The notes below the pieces were generated by a model, which was given only the letters and a program-made list of their open reading frames with translations, was not told the origin of the DNA and ran no database searches. Shown in pieces: positions 1 to 7,832 of a stretch of 24,783 nt of DNA (position 1 is the first letter of the stretch; every line of letters begins with the position of its first letter). The position numbers were made by a program, and so were the translations under genes. The DNA is taken from positions 1 to 24,783 of IMG/VR virus record IMGVR_UViG_3300047491_000557; one strand, 5' to 3'. This stretch comes from a virus (taxonomy: Duplodnaviria > Caudoviricetes).

Positions 1-2
1 AG

Positions 3-230
3 GAGAGAGTTCCTATTAAGCTGTTTAAGGATAACAACAAATACAAAGATGACGTAGTTGTTGGGGTTAATGGCAAGACGTGGCGTATTATGAGGGGTGT
101 AGAGGTTATGGTTCCTCGTTTTGTCAAGAATGTTCTTGATAATTCTGAAATTCAGATGATGGAAGCATACAAAAATATGGACACGCTCCAAAATGAGCTT
201 GCACAGGCGGAACAACAAGGGGCGTTATAG
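3..230 (+). CDS. 5'-truncated conserved phage protein, probably head-region/capsid-adjacent
   Basis: Open frame from the window edge: ERVPIKLFKDNNKYKDDVVVGVNGKTWRIMRGVEVMVPRFVKNVLDNSE...GAL*, TAG at 228-230; not in the ORF track. Resembles small proteins I recall following the major capsid gene in Clostridia phages (recollection, unverified). Confidence 0.75.
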   Translation, partial: ERVPIKLFKDNNKYKDDVVVGVNGKTWRIMRGVEVMVPRFVKNVLDNSEIQMMEAYKNMDTLQNELAQAEQQGAL

Positions 231-246
231 CCGATTGTTAAAATTA

Positions 247-279
247 AAAGGGGAATGGGTTAACAACTTGTTCCCCTTT
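247..279 (+). terminator. Stem-loop, probable partial terminator/attenuator after the head genes
   Basis: AAAGGGGAATGGGTT-AAC-AACTTGTTCCCCTTT: 15-bp stem with 3 G-U pairs, intergenic; the U-tract is short. Confidence 0.6.
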
Positions 280-301
280 ACTCAAAAAGGACGGTGGCGA
301 A

Positions 302-3259
302 ATGATAAAACAATTTACTTTTCCACTTAGCATCAAGGATAATAATTTGAAAAAAATAGGCACTGTTGTGGCTAACGATGTGAGTGGTAACAAGTTTCTG
401 ATTACGCTTATGGACGGCAGCAGGGCTTTTGATATAACAGGGCATAGCAATATAACTTTCACTGTTCTTAAACCCGATGGCACACTCAGCATTGACAGTG
501 AAGGCACTTATATATCAGTGGTAGATGCTGAGAAAGGCATTATTAGTATAGTCTTGGTAGATGAGGCAATAGATGTTGCAGGATTTTGCAAAGCGACGGT
601 AGAAGTATATGCCAACGGATTAAGAGTTTCATCTTCTCGGATTGGCTTTGATGTTGTTGCTGAGCTTTCAGCAGGTGCGGATGTAACCGGAGACAGCAAC
701 TATCCAGTTCTTGTTGAGCTTATAGATGCTGTAAACGATGTAGTCTCGGGTTTGCCGGCTAAAGCAGACAAAGTTGCAGGTGCTATCCTTAATAACTTTG
801 CAGGGTTAGATGCTAACGGCAACCTCAAAGATAGCGGTAGTAAAGCAAGCGATTTTGCTACTGCAACAGGTCTCTCTGACGAAATAACAGCACGACAAAA
901 TGCAGATACATCTATTAACAACTCCTTGTCAGCTCATACGGGTAATACCTCTAACGCACACGGAATAAATAACAAAGCCGACTTAATAGATGGTAAAATC
1001 CCTGCTACACAGCTACCCTCTTATGTGGATGATGTGGTAGAGTATGCTAACACAAGTGCGTTTCCTGTTACAGGTGAGGCAGGCAAAATATATGTGGCTC
1101 TTGATACTAACCTTACTTATCGTTGGGGTGGCTCTACTTATGCGGAGATCTCTCCGAGTTTAGCTCTCGGTGAAACATCCTCTACTGCACATAGGGGAGA
1201 TAGAGGTGAAACCGCATACGACCACTCGCAAGTAATAACAGGCAATCCTCACGGTTCAACAACATCTGACATCCCTGAAAGCACTGATAAAAACTATGTA
1301 ACTGATATTCAAAAAACAAAACTTGCGGAATGGCAAGGTAGAAATATAAAAACTGTTGCGTCTGATTATACTTTGCTCAATACGGACGATGTAGTTTTTG
1401 CAGAGGGGGATATAGTATTACCAATTCCCACTTCATTCACACCTCACAGAGAATTTACAATAGTCCCTGCAAGTGGAACTGGTACGACTGTTGTTTCTGA
1501 TTATTTTTACGATATAAGCACAGGGGTAGCACCAGCAAGTTATATCCTATATGGGCAAAGTATTACCTCAAATGGTAATGCTGCAGATGCAATTACAGTG
1601 TGGACTAATGGTGAAGGCTGGTTTATTAAATCCATCAATCAAGTAGAGGTAAGTGATAAATTTTCAGCTGTAACTACACCAGAAAGTTATACAGGGATTG
1701 TGGCAGGGAGTATTAGAGACATATTCGGTCAAATAAAAAAGTTTTTTAGCAATATTCTTTCTCTTTTTTCCGACACAAAAGACCCTACTGGATTTATTGA
1801 TGCCGACAATATGACTGTAGCTTATGATAGCACAGCGAGAACAATAACCCTTACCAATGCAAACGGTATTTATTATTATTGGCGAGGAATAAAATACCGC
1901 TTAGGAACTGGCACAACTTGGACGAGCGACCCTCACATTAATAATACTACAACGGACTACTTTTTGAAATGCGTTGACGGTGTTAATTTCATTTGGAGCG
2001 ATACGGCTTGGATTTTTAGCGATATTCAAGTCGCAAAAGTAGCAAAAGGTCGCCTTTATGCAATTAAGGAAAATCACAGCCTTTCAAACTGGAATGACCA
2101 CGAAGAAGCACATTGGAACATAGGAGCATACAGAGCGAATAACACAGGGGCAGATGTTACAGGATTTACTTTTAATTCCACAACAGCAGCAAATCGTAGA
2201 CCGACGATAGGGGCTTTAACCATTGCAGATGAAGATTGTAAAACTCCGTTATCACAGCAAACAGACAACTACTGTTTTGCTTATTTAAGTGGAGCAACAG
2301 GGGTATTGAATTATTCAACAGACCAATCGGATATATTGAGATTGAATGGTAATATCCCTTATTGGAACAACTTTACTGGGGGAGCGTGGACGGAGCAAGC
2401 TTTAGGTGCTAACGATTATATGAATTTATGGCTTTTGGCTATTCCAGTAACTGCAGACGTAGCAAGTCAAAAATATCGATATGTATGGTTACAAGGTCAG
2501 GCAAGTGGCTCTTTGACTTCAACACAAGCAAAGACTACACTCGACGTCAACTTGGGCGAACTGTCCTCTGTAACAGAAGAGGTATTATTCTTGCAGAGGG
2601 TAATCGTTCGCTATACAGCAGGCAACTGGGTTGTAATTCAGAGCAATAGGCTAACAGGTTCTTCGAGGACACAGAACACAGGCTCAAGCGGTAATTTCCT
2701 TTCGCAGGTTGCAACAGATGGCACATTAACAGGGAACGGAACGGCCGGAAGTCCATTGGGAGTTGCATATACTAATTACGGGAAGAAAGTTGCAGAATAC
2801 ACGGTCAGTGGCTCAACAACATCGTTCGTCAAATTATCAGGATTTGACCTCCAAGCGGATGGGGGTTACATTATTATAATTGACGGCACAACAATGAGTA
2901 GCCAAACCGAAATAAGATGTTTATGGAATGATGATTTGTCGGATGCCGGAAATTTGTCAAATGATAATTTATATACTTGGGCAATAAACGTCGGTTCGGC
3001 AATAAACAACGCTTCAGTTGCTCAGAGCGGAACAGGCGAATTTAGGGTGTTTCTTGAGGTTTCCCAATCAAGTATAAATACAATGCCTTTTATTCGTTCA
3101 ATCTGGGAAAAGGTAGTAACGGCTACATATACCATCCAAACTCGTTTTTGTTGGCGAAATAGCCTGTCTGCAAATATTACAAAAATTGGCTTCTATACTG
3201 GCGGTATAAGCTTTGGCGATGGTACCAAATTCACTGTATTTAAAAGGGGGAGTATGTAA
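302..3259 (+). CDS. Tail fibre / receptor-binding protein with BppU-like N-terminal domain (985 aa)
   Basis: N-terminus (NDVSGNKFLITLMDGSRAFDITG...TVLKPDGT...DAEKGII) is BppU_N-like. Then fibre-type modules (KADKV...FAGLDANGNLKDSG; DGKIPATQLPSYVDDVVEY; GNPHG) and a T/S/G/N-rich beta-type C-terminal half. RBS-like AAAGGACGGTG upstream. Confidence 0.8.
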   Translation: MIKQFTFPLSIKDNNLKKIGTVVANDVSGNKFLITLMDGSRAFDITGHSNITFTVLKPDGTLSIDSEGTYISVVDAEKGIISIVLVDEAIDVAGFCKATVEVYANGLRVSSSRIGFDVVAELSAGADVTGDSNYPVLVELIDAVNDVVSGLPAKADKVAGAILNNFAGLDANGNLKDSGSKASDFATATGLSDEITARQNADTSINNSLSAHTGNTSNAHGINNKADLIDGKIPATQLPSYVDDVVEYANTSAFPVTGEAGKIYVALDTNLTYRWGGSTYAEISPSLALGETSSTAHRGDRGETAYDHSQVITGNPHGSTTSDIPESTDKNYVTDIQKTKLAEWQGRNIKTVASDYTLLNTDDVVFAEGDIVLPIPTSFTPHREFTIVPASGTGTTVVSDYFYDISTGVAPASYILYGQSITSNGNAADAITVWTNGEGWFIKSINQVEVSDKFSAVTTPESYTGIVAGSIRDIFGQIKKFFSNILSLFSDTKDPTGFIDADNMTVAYDSTARTITLTNANGIYYYWRGIKYRLGTGTTWTSDPHINNTTTDYFLKCVDGVNFIWSDTAWIFSDIQVAKVAKGRLYAIKENHSLSNWNDHEEAHWNIGAYRANNTGADVTGFTFNSTTAANRRPTIGALTIADEDCKTPLSQQTDNYCFAYLSGATGVLNYSTDQSDILRLNGNIPYWNNFTGGAWTEQALGANDYMNLWLLAIPVTADVASQKYRYVWLQGQASGSLTSTQAKTTLDVNLGELSSVTEEVLFLQRVIVRYTAGNWVVIQSNRLTGSSRTQNTGSSGNFLSQVATDGTLTGNGTAGSPLGVAYTNYGKKVAEYTVSGSTTSFVKLSGFDLQADGGYIIIIDGTTMSSQTEIRCLWNDDLSDAGNLSNDNLYTWAINVGSAINNASVAQSGTGEFRVFLEVSQSSINTMPFIRSIWEKVVTATYTIQTRFCWRNSLSANITKIGFYTGGISFGDGTKFTVFKRGSM

Positions 3260-3516
3260 TGTGCGGGTTAATTAAAAACATAAAAACTGGAACAACTACA
3301 ATCATTGAGTATGAGCTAATACCATTAACGGAGCAACAGCTCAAAGAGCAGAGAAGAAGCGATATACTATCGGAGTTAGCAACATTAGACGAAAAAATGA
3401 CCCGAACGGAAGAAGATATAATTACTTATACAGGAATTTACAATAATCTTCCACAAATTCAAAAAGACCGATATGACAGAAAGCAAACATTGAGAGCAGA
3501 ATTACAAAATTTATAG
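3259..3516 (+). CDS. Small helical protein, possible tail-fibre assembly chaperone
   Basis: TAATG stop/start overlap with the fibre gene; charged helical sequence; function inferred from position only. Confidence 0.6.
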   Translation: MCGLIKNIKTGTTTIIEYELIPLTEQQLKEQRRSDILSELATLDEKMTRTEEDIITYTGIYNNLPQIQKDRYDRKQTLRAELQNL

Positions 3517-3534
3517 AAATGGATGTGATAAAAT

Positions 3535-3870
3535 ATGCAGACACTAAAATTGATAGCAGAAATGTTTTTAGCAGTAGTGGCAATAGGCGGAATTTTGATA
3601 GGATGGTACAAATTCATGGTTAATGCTGTGTCCAAAAAAGTCCGTTTGCAATGCCATTGCGACTTGATGTTGCTGAAAGATAGCTCACTCGCTAATCTTA
3701 TGGACGGTCTCGAAAGAAAATGCGAATACTACATAAACAGAGGATATGCCACAATCGAAAACCGAAAAACCATTTCGACAATGTTTAGGGCGTATGCTGG
3801 GCTTGGGGGTAATAGCTTTATCGAGGATCTAATTGAAAAGGTGAATTCGTTACCTTTTAATGAATTATAA
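3535..3870 (+). CDS. Single-TM lysis-cassette protein (holin-associated)
   Basis: N-terminal hydrophobic helix (MFLAVVAIGGILIGWY) and C-terminal YINRGY...AYAGLGGN motif typical of genes preceding holin/endolysin in Bacillota phages. Confidence 0.7.
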   Translation: MQTLKLIAEMFLAVVAIGGILIGWYKFMVNAVSKKVRLQCHCDLMLLKDSSLANLMDGLERKCEYYINRGYATIENRKTISTMFRAYAGLGGNSFIEDLIEKVNSLPFNEL

Positions 3871-3883
3871 GGAGTGTGTTAAA

Positions 3884-4105
3884 ATGAAAAGATTTTTAAA
3901 AGATATGGCGGAAAGAGCCATTAAGACAGTAGCACAGACTGCGATTGCTACCATAGGCACTACTACTGCGTTTGGTGCTGTTGATTGGAAGTTGGTAGCA
4001 TCAACTGCTGTATTAGCAGGTATCGTATCCGTATTAACTTCGGTAGCGAGCAGACCTATTGGCAGCCCTAACACAGCGAGCATTTTAAGAGAGGATGACA
4101 GATAA
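3884..4105 (+). CDS. Holin, phage r1t family (73 aa)
   Basis: ERAIKTVAQTAIATIG...VDWKLVASTAVLAGIVSVLTSVA signature. Start moved to ATG 3884 behind RBS AAGGAG. Directly upstream of the endolysin. Confidence 0.88.
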   Translation: MKRFLKDMAERAIKTVAQTAIATIGTTTAFGAVDWKLVASTAVLAGIVSVLTSVASRPIGSPNTASILREDDR

Positions 4106-4893
4106 TGCCGAAGATAGCTATTGATGCAGGACACGGAGTAACAACAGCAGGTAAGAGAAGCTTTGACGGCTCACTCTTAGAATATCAGTTTAACAGAGAA
4201 ATAGCAAAGCGGCTTAATTATCATCTGCAAAGGCACGGTTTTGAAACGCTACTTACTGCCCCTGACGACACTGATGTGGATTTGTGGCAGAGGTGTGTAA
4301 CAGCTAATAACTGGGGTGCGGACTTGTTTATATCCCTACACGGTAACGCATACGGAACTAATTGGAATGATGCTAATGGTTGGGAGATATGTGTGCTACG
4401 ATTAGGTGGGAATGCTGAAAAGGTTGCTAAATTAATCTACAAGCAATCAATACCGTTTCTCGGTTTAACTGACCGCATAGCTAAGAATGGCGGTAGAATT
4501 AAGACCGATAATCTTGCAGTTTTGCGTGATACTAATATGTCAGCTGTCTTGATAGAGCACGGATTTTACACTAACCAAAGCGATTTAGCCCTTATGAAAA
4601 CGGTGGAGTTTAAAGAGAAGTGTGCTGTTGCGGATGCGAAAGGTATATGCGAGTTTTATGGAGTTGCTTGGAAAGAGGATGTCCCTGCTGCTCCAACTGA
4701 CACTACGAACTACAAAGCCCTATACGAACAGGCACAGGCTAAACTTAGTGAGTATGACGCTAAGATTGCAGAGCTTAACAGCAAGATAGCGTTGCTATCT
4801 GACACTAATACCTTTCAAGCTAACTCAATCGCTGAACTTAACACTAAAATAACCACTTTACGAAACGCCATCACCATTTTTAAATCATTTTAG
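4105..4893 (+). CDS. Endolysin, N-acetylmuramoyl-L-alanine amidase (Amidase_3) with C-terminal coiled coil
   Basis: IDAGHG, EYQFN, FISLHGNA and VLIEHGF zinc/catalytic motifs; linker PAAPT; heptad-rich C-terminus. Confidence 0.93.
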   Translation: MPKIAIDAGHGVTTAGKRSFDGSLLEYQFNREIAKRLNYHLQRHGFETLLTAPDDTDVDLWQRCVTANNWGADLFISLHGNAYGTNWNDANGWEICVLRLGGNAEKVAKLIYKQSIPFLGLTDRIAKNGGRIKTDNLAVLRDTNMSAVLIEHGFYTNQSDLALMKTVEFKEKCAVADAKGICEFYGVAWKEDVPAAPTDTTNYKALYEQAQAKLSEYDAKIAELNSKIALLSDTNTFQANSIAELNTKITTLRNAITIFKSF

Positions 4894-4907
4894 AGGAAGT
4901 GAGTTAA

Positions 4908-5252
4908 ATGAATATAAGCGAGCTTTTTTCACTCGTTGACACCTTAAAACCCAATTCATATGGTAACAGTGAAAAGCTGATGTGGCTTAACCAGGTTGAG
5001 CAGCAGATAGCGGATATACAGGGTGAAACATTCACACCTTATACAGAGAGTGGTGACGCTGAGCTTTTAGCTCCTGTGCCGTTTACCAATGTGTATGAAT
5101 ACTACTTAAAGGCGATGATTGACAATGAGAGCAAGGACTTTGAAGGTTACAGCAATAATCTTATTCTCTATAATGCTTCTTTTAGCAGTTACACAAAGCA
5201 CTTCTTGCGTAATAACGCCGGAACAGACACTGCGGTGTCTAACATTTGGTAG
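4908..5252 (+). CDS. Putative head-tail adaptor protein (114 aa)
   Basis: RBS GAGGAAGTGAG. Helical protein (VDTLKPNSY...KLMWL...VYEYYLKAMID) directly before the nozzle-like gene; function from synteny. Confidence 0.55.
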   Translation: MNISELFSLVDTLKPNSYGNSEKLMWLNQVEQQIADIQGETFTPYTESGDAELLAPVPFTNVYEYYLKAMIDNESKDFEGYSNNLILYNASFSSYTKHFLRNNAGTDTAVSNIW

Positions 5253-5268
5253 AGAGGGCGACGATGAT

Positions 5269-6969
5269 ATGGAGCTACCCGTTTTAAAACCCTACCGCAA
5301 GGCATCTAAAAAATTCATACTTGACTTCTTGGGTTACAATGCTAACCCTGTTCCTCGTGAGGGCGAGTTCTCGGATATGAAGAACCTTTCGTCAGACTAT
5401 TTTCCCTGCATATCGCCGAGAGGGTCAAGGCAAGAGCTAATTGACATATCCAACAACTACGCTGATGAACGTAACGCCATTTTATCCCGTAACGATAAAC
5501 TCGCTTGGGTAGATGGCGACAAGCTGTATTATGGCACTGCTGACGATAACGAGGATGTCGGAACAGTTGACGACACGGCAGGGCTTAAACGGTCGCTTGT
5601 GGCTATGGGGGGCAAAACGCTCATATTCCCTGACAAGAAATGTTTTCACGTAGACCCCCCTAAAACGAGAGGTGAGTATTATGGTGAGCTAATTGACACA
5701 CCTACTCCCGATTTAGAATTTAAAATTGTTCTTAATGATGTGCACGAGTTTACAGACAGTAAAATATTTTTTGTTAAGGCATCAGGCACCAATCACACCT
5801 TAGGGGATGGTTTGCGTATAGGTGACACAGTTACTATCACAGTTTCAAGAACAGGGCAATCGGATGAGCGTATAACGGCTGTCTCGGACAGCAATGTGTT
5901 TCTTTATTTTGACAGCGAATTAGAGGAGTTTCTCTATGCTTTTTTTCCCGAGGTGTGGCCCGCAACTCATCTGAGCTACATTAAGTTTAAAGAAGGGACA
6001 TTTACACCCGAAGATAATTTAACGGGCGTTTCGGTAACAATACACCGGAATGTCCCCGCTATTGACTACGCAATCACAAACGACAATCGCTGTTGGGGCG
6101 TTAAAGGAAGCGACATCTATGCATCTAAGCAGGGTGACCCTTTCAACTGGAACCAGTTTCAAGGGATACTAACCGACAGCTATGCTACGGATGTTGATAC
6201 AAACGGAGACTTCACCGGTGCGGCTGTTTATTCGGGCAACCCTGTTTTTTTTAAAGAGGACTACATACACAGAGTGTATGGTAATAAGCCGAGTAACTAT
6301 CAAATAGTAACCGCACAGGCATACGGTGTGCAAAACGGAGCATATAAAACACTTGTGAACATAAATAACACTCTATTCTATATGAGCCGTGTAGGTGTTA
6401 TGGCGTATAACGGCGGTTATCCAACTCTTATATCGGATAACTTCGGGGCGACGAAGTATCAAGGCATATCGGCAGGCACAGACGGCAGGAAATACTATTT
6501 ATCGCTTAAAGATTTAGATAGCAACTCATATAAGTTGTTTGTATATGACACTCTTAAAAACCTGTGGCATTTAGAGGACACAATGCAAGCTATTTGTTTC
6601 TCTTATTCAGACGGCGACTTCTATATGCTCAACGCAACAAAGGGTAAAATAGAGCTTATAGGGGCAGGCACAGAGGCGGTTGAGTGGGAAGCTACATTAG
6701 GAGAGTTTAACGAGGTTATAGATGATAAAAAAGGGTATAGCAAGCTATCACTCAGAGTTGACCTTGACCGTGCATCAGAGCTTAATGTCCTCATTAAATA
6801 CGATAACAGTGAGTGGATTACGGTTAAAAGTGTAGCCGGCGGGGACAAGAGGGTTATTGAGGTTCCAATAGTCCCTCTTAGGTGCGACACCTTTCAAATT
6901 AAGTTAACCGGCAAGGGCTTTTGCAAGGTGTATTCACTTAACCGTGAGTTTGTGTTTGGGGGTAGATGA
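5269..6969 (+). CDS. Putative tail nozzle/stabilisation protein (P22 gp10 / T7 gp12-like beta-propeller), 566 aa
   Basis: Start moved to ATG 5269 (RBS AGAGGG) after the adaptor stop. GEFSDMKNLSSDYFP, NDNRCWG...IYASKQGDPFNW, FFKEDYIHRVYG, LFYMSRVGVMAYNG and LFVYDTLKNLW are propeller-blade-like motifs. Confidence 0.7.
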   Translation: MELPVLKPYRKASKKFILDFLGYNANPVPREGEFSDMKNLSSDYFPCISPRGSRQELIDISNNYADERNAILSRNDKLAWVDGDKLYYGTADDNEDVGTVDDTAGLKRSLVAMGGKTLIFPDKKCFHVDPPKTRGEYYGELIDTPTPDLEFKIVLNDVHEFTDSKIFFVKASGTNHTLGDGLRIGDTVTITVSRTGQSDERITAVSDSNVFLYFDSELEEFLYAFFPEVWPATHLSYIKFKEGTFTPEDNLTGVSVTIHRNVPAIDYAITNDNRCWGVKGSDIYASKQGDPFNWNQFQGILTDSYATDVDTNGDFTGAAVYSGNPVFFKEDYIHRVYGNKPSNYQIVTAQAYGVQNGAYKTLVNINNTLFYMSRVGVMAYNGGYPTLISDNFGATKYQGISAGTDGRKYYLSLKDLDSNSYKLFVYDTLKNLWHLEDTMQAICFSYSDGDFYMLNATKGKIELIGAGTEAVEWEATLGEFNEVIDDKKGYSKLSLRVDLDRASELNVLIKYDNSEWITVKSVAGGDKRVIEVPIVPLRCDTFQIKLTGKGFCKVYSLNREFVFGGR

Positions 6970-7133
6970 TAGTGCAGGATACAGTTCTTTTTTCCATAAG
7001 GACGCCTAAGCCAACGCTTGGAAATGATTTAATTGACAACCAAAACAAAATACTTGACTATGTGTCAGAGGTTTTTAAAGAGCTTGAAATAGCAATAAAC
7101 GACCTTGAAAAAAATTTGCAGGAGGTGCAATAA
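6966..7133 (+). CDS. Small hypothetical protein with coiled-coil C-terminus (55 aa; not in ORF track)
   Basis: ATGA overlap with the upstream stop. MIVQDTVLFSIRTPKPTLGNDLIDNQNKILDYVSEVFKELEIAINDLEKNLQEVQ* fills the gap exactly. GTG 6972 is an alternative start. Confidence 0.65.
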   Translation: MIVQDTVLFSIRTPKPTLGNDLIDNQNKILDYVSEVFKELEIAINDLEKNLQEVQ

Positions 7134-7134
7134 A

Positions 7135-7821
7135 ATGGCATACACAAGCCCGTATAGCGACAAGAAAAAAACCCTTTTAGATGAACTAATGAATACCCCC
7201 GATTTTAACTATGAGGCTAATAACGACCCATCATACCAAAGTTACGCAAAGATATACGGTAACTTAGGTGACAGAGCTATGGCTAACACTATGTCAGAGG
7301 CGTCGGGTTTAACCGGCGGACGGTTAAACTCTTGGGCGGTGTCAGCAGGACAGCAGGCAAAGCAGAATTTTGACCAACAGCTAACTGACAAGATACCCGC
7401 TTTGCAGCAGATGGCTTATAATATGTATATGGATAAGCTCAATAACAAAAAAAGCACGCTCAGTCTATTAGGGCAAGAGGATGACAGGGAGTATAGTAGA
7501 TGGGCAGACGATAGGGATTACACTTACAGGCAAAACCGAGATAAAGCGTCCGATAGCCAGTGGTGGAGCAACTTTAACGAGAATAAGAGGGTTAGCGATA
7601 GGGATTACACTTACAGGCAAAACCGAGATAAAATTAGTGATGAAAGGTATGTAGACGAAAAGAAGGACGATGCAGACTTTGGCGTGGCATACCAAGCAAT
7701 GATGGGCTCGAATGACCCTGTAAAATGGCTTAAAGAAAATGCCCCCTACCTAACTCCTGCCGAAATTGCAAAACTACAACAATATTTACCTGATACAGAT
7801 TGGACTAAATACTTGAAATAA
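7135..7821 (+). CDS. Putative internal virion/ejection protein (228 aa)
   Basis: ATG 7135 behind strong RBS GGAGGTG. A/Q/N/D/Y-rich helical sequence with GG..NSWA motif and an internal repeat; lies between the nozzle gene and the giant virion gene. Confidence 0.6.
   Translation: MAYTSPYSDKKKTLLDELMNTPDFNYEANNDPSYQSYAKIYGNLGDRAMANTMSEASGLTGGRLNSWAVSAGQQAKQNFDQQLTDKIPALQQMAYNMYMDKLNNKKSTLSLLGQEDDREYSRWADDRDYTYRQNRDKASDSQWWSNFNENKRVSDRDYTYRQNRDKISDERYVDEKKDDADFGVAYQAMMGSNDPVKWLKENAPYLTPAEIAKLQQYLPDTDWTKYLK
7509..7632 (+). repeat. Perfect 37-bp direct repeat, 87-bp period (DRDYTYRQNRDK x2)
   Basis: CGATAGGGATTACACTTACAGGCAAAACCGAGATAAA at 7509-7545 and 7596-7632. Confidence 0.92.
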
Positions 7822-7832
7822 GGGTGGTAAAA

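Noticed and set aside
5119-5268. N-terminal signal-peptide-like extension of the 616-aa ORF
   Set aside because: Overlaps the adaptor gene by 134 nt; a better RBS-linked ATG exists at 5269.
7509-7632. 37-bp repeats with a 50-bp gap as a mini-CRISPR array
   Set aside because: Lies in frame within a CDS (87-bp period, repeated peptide), is non-palindromic and has only two copies.
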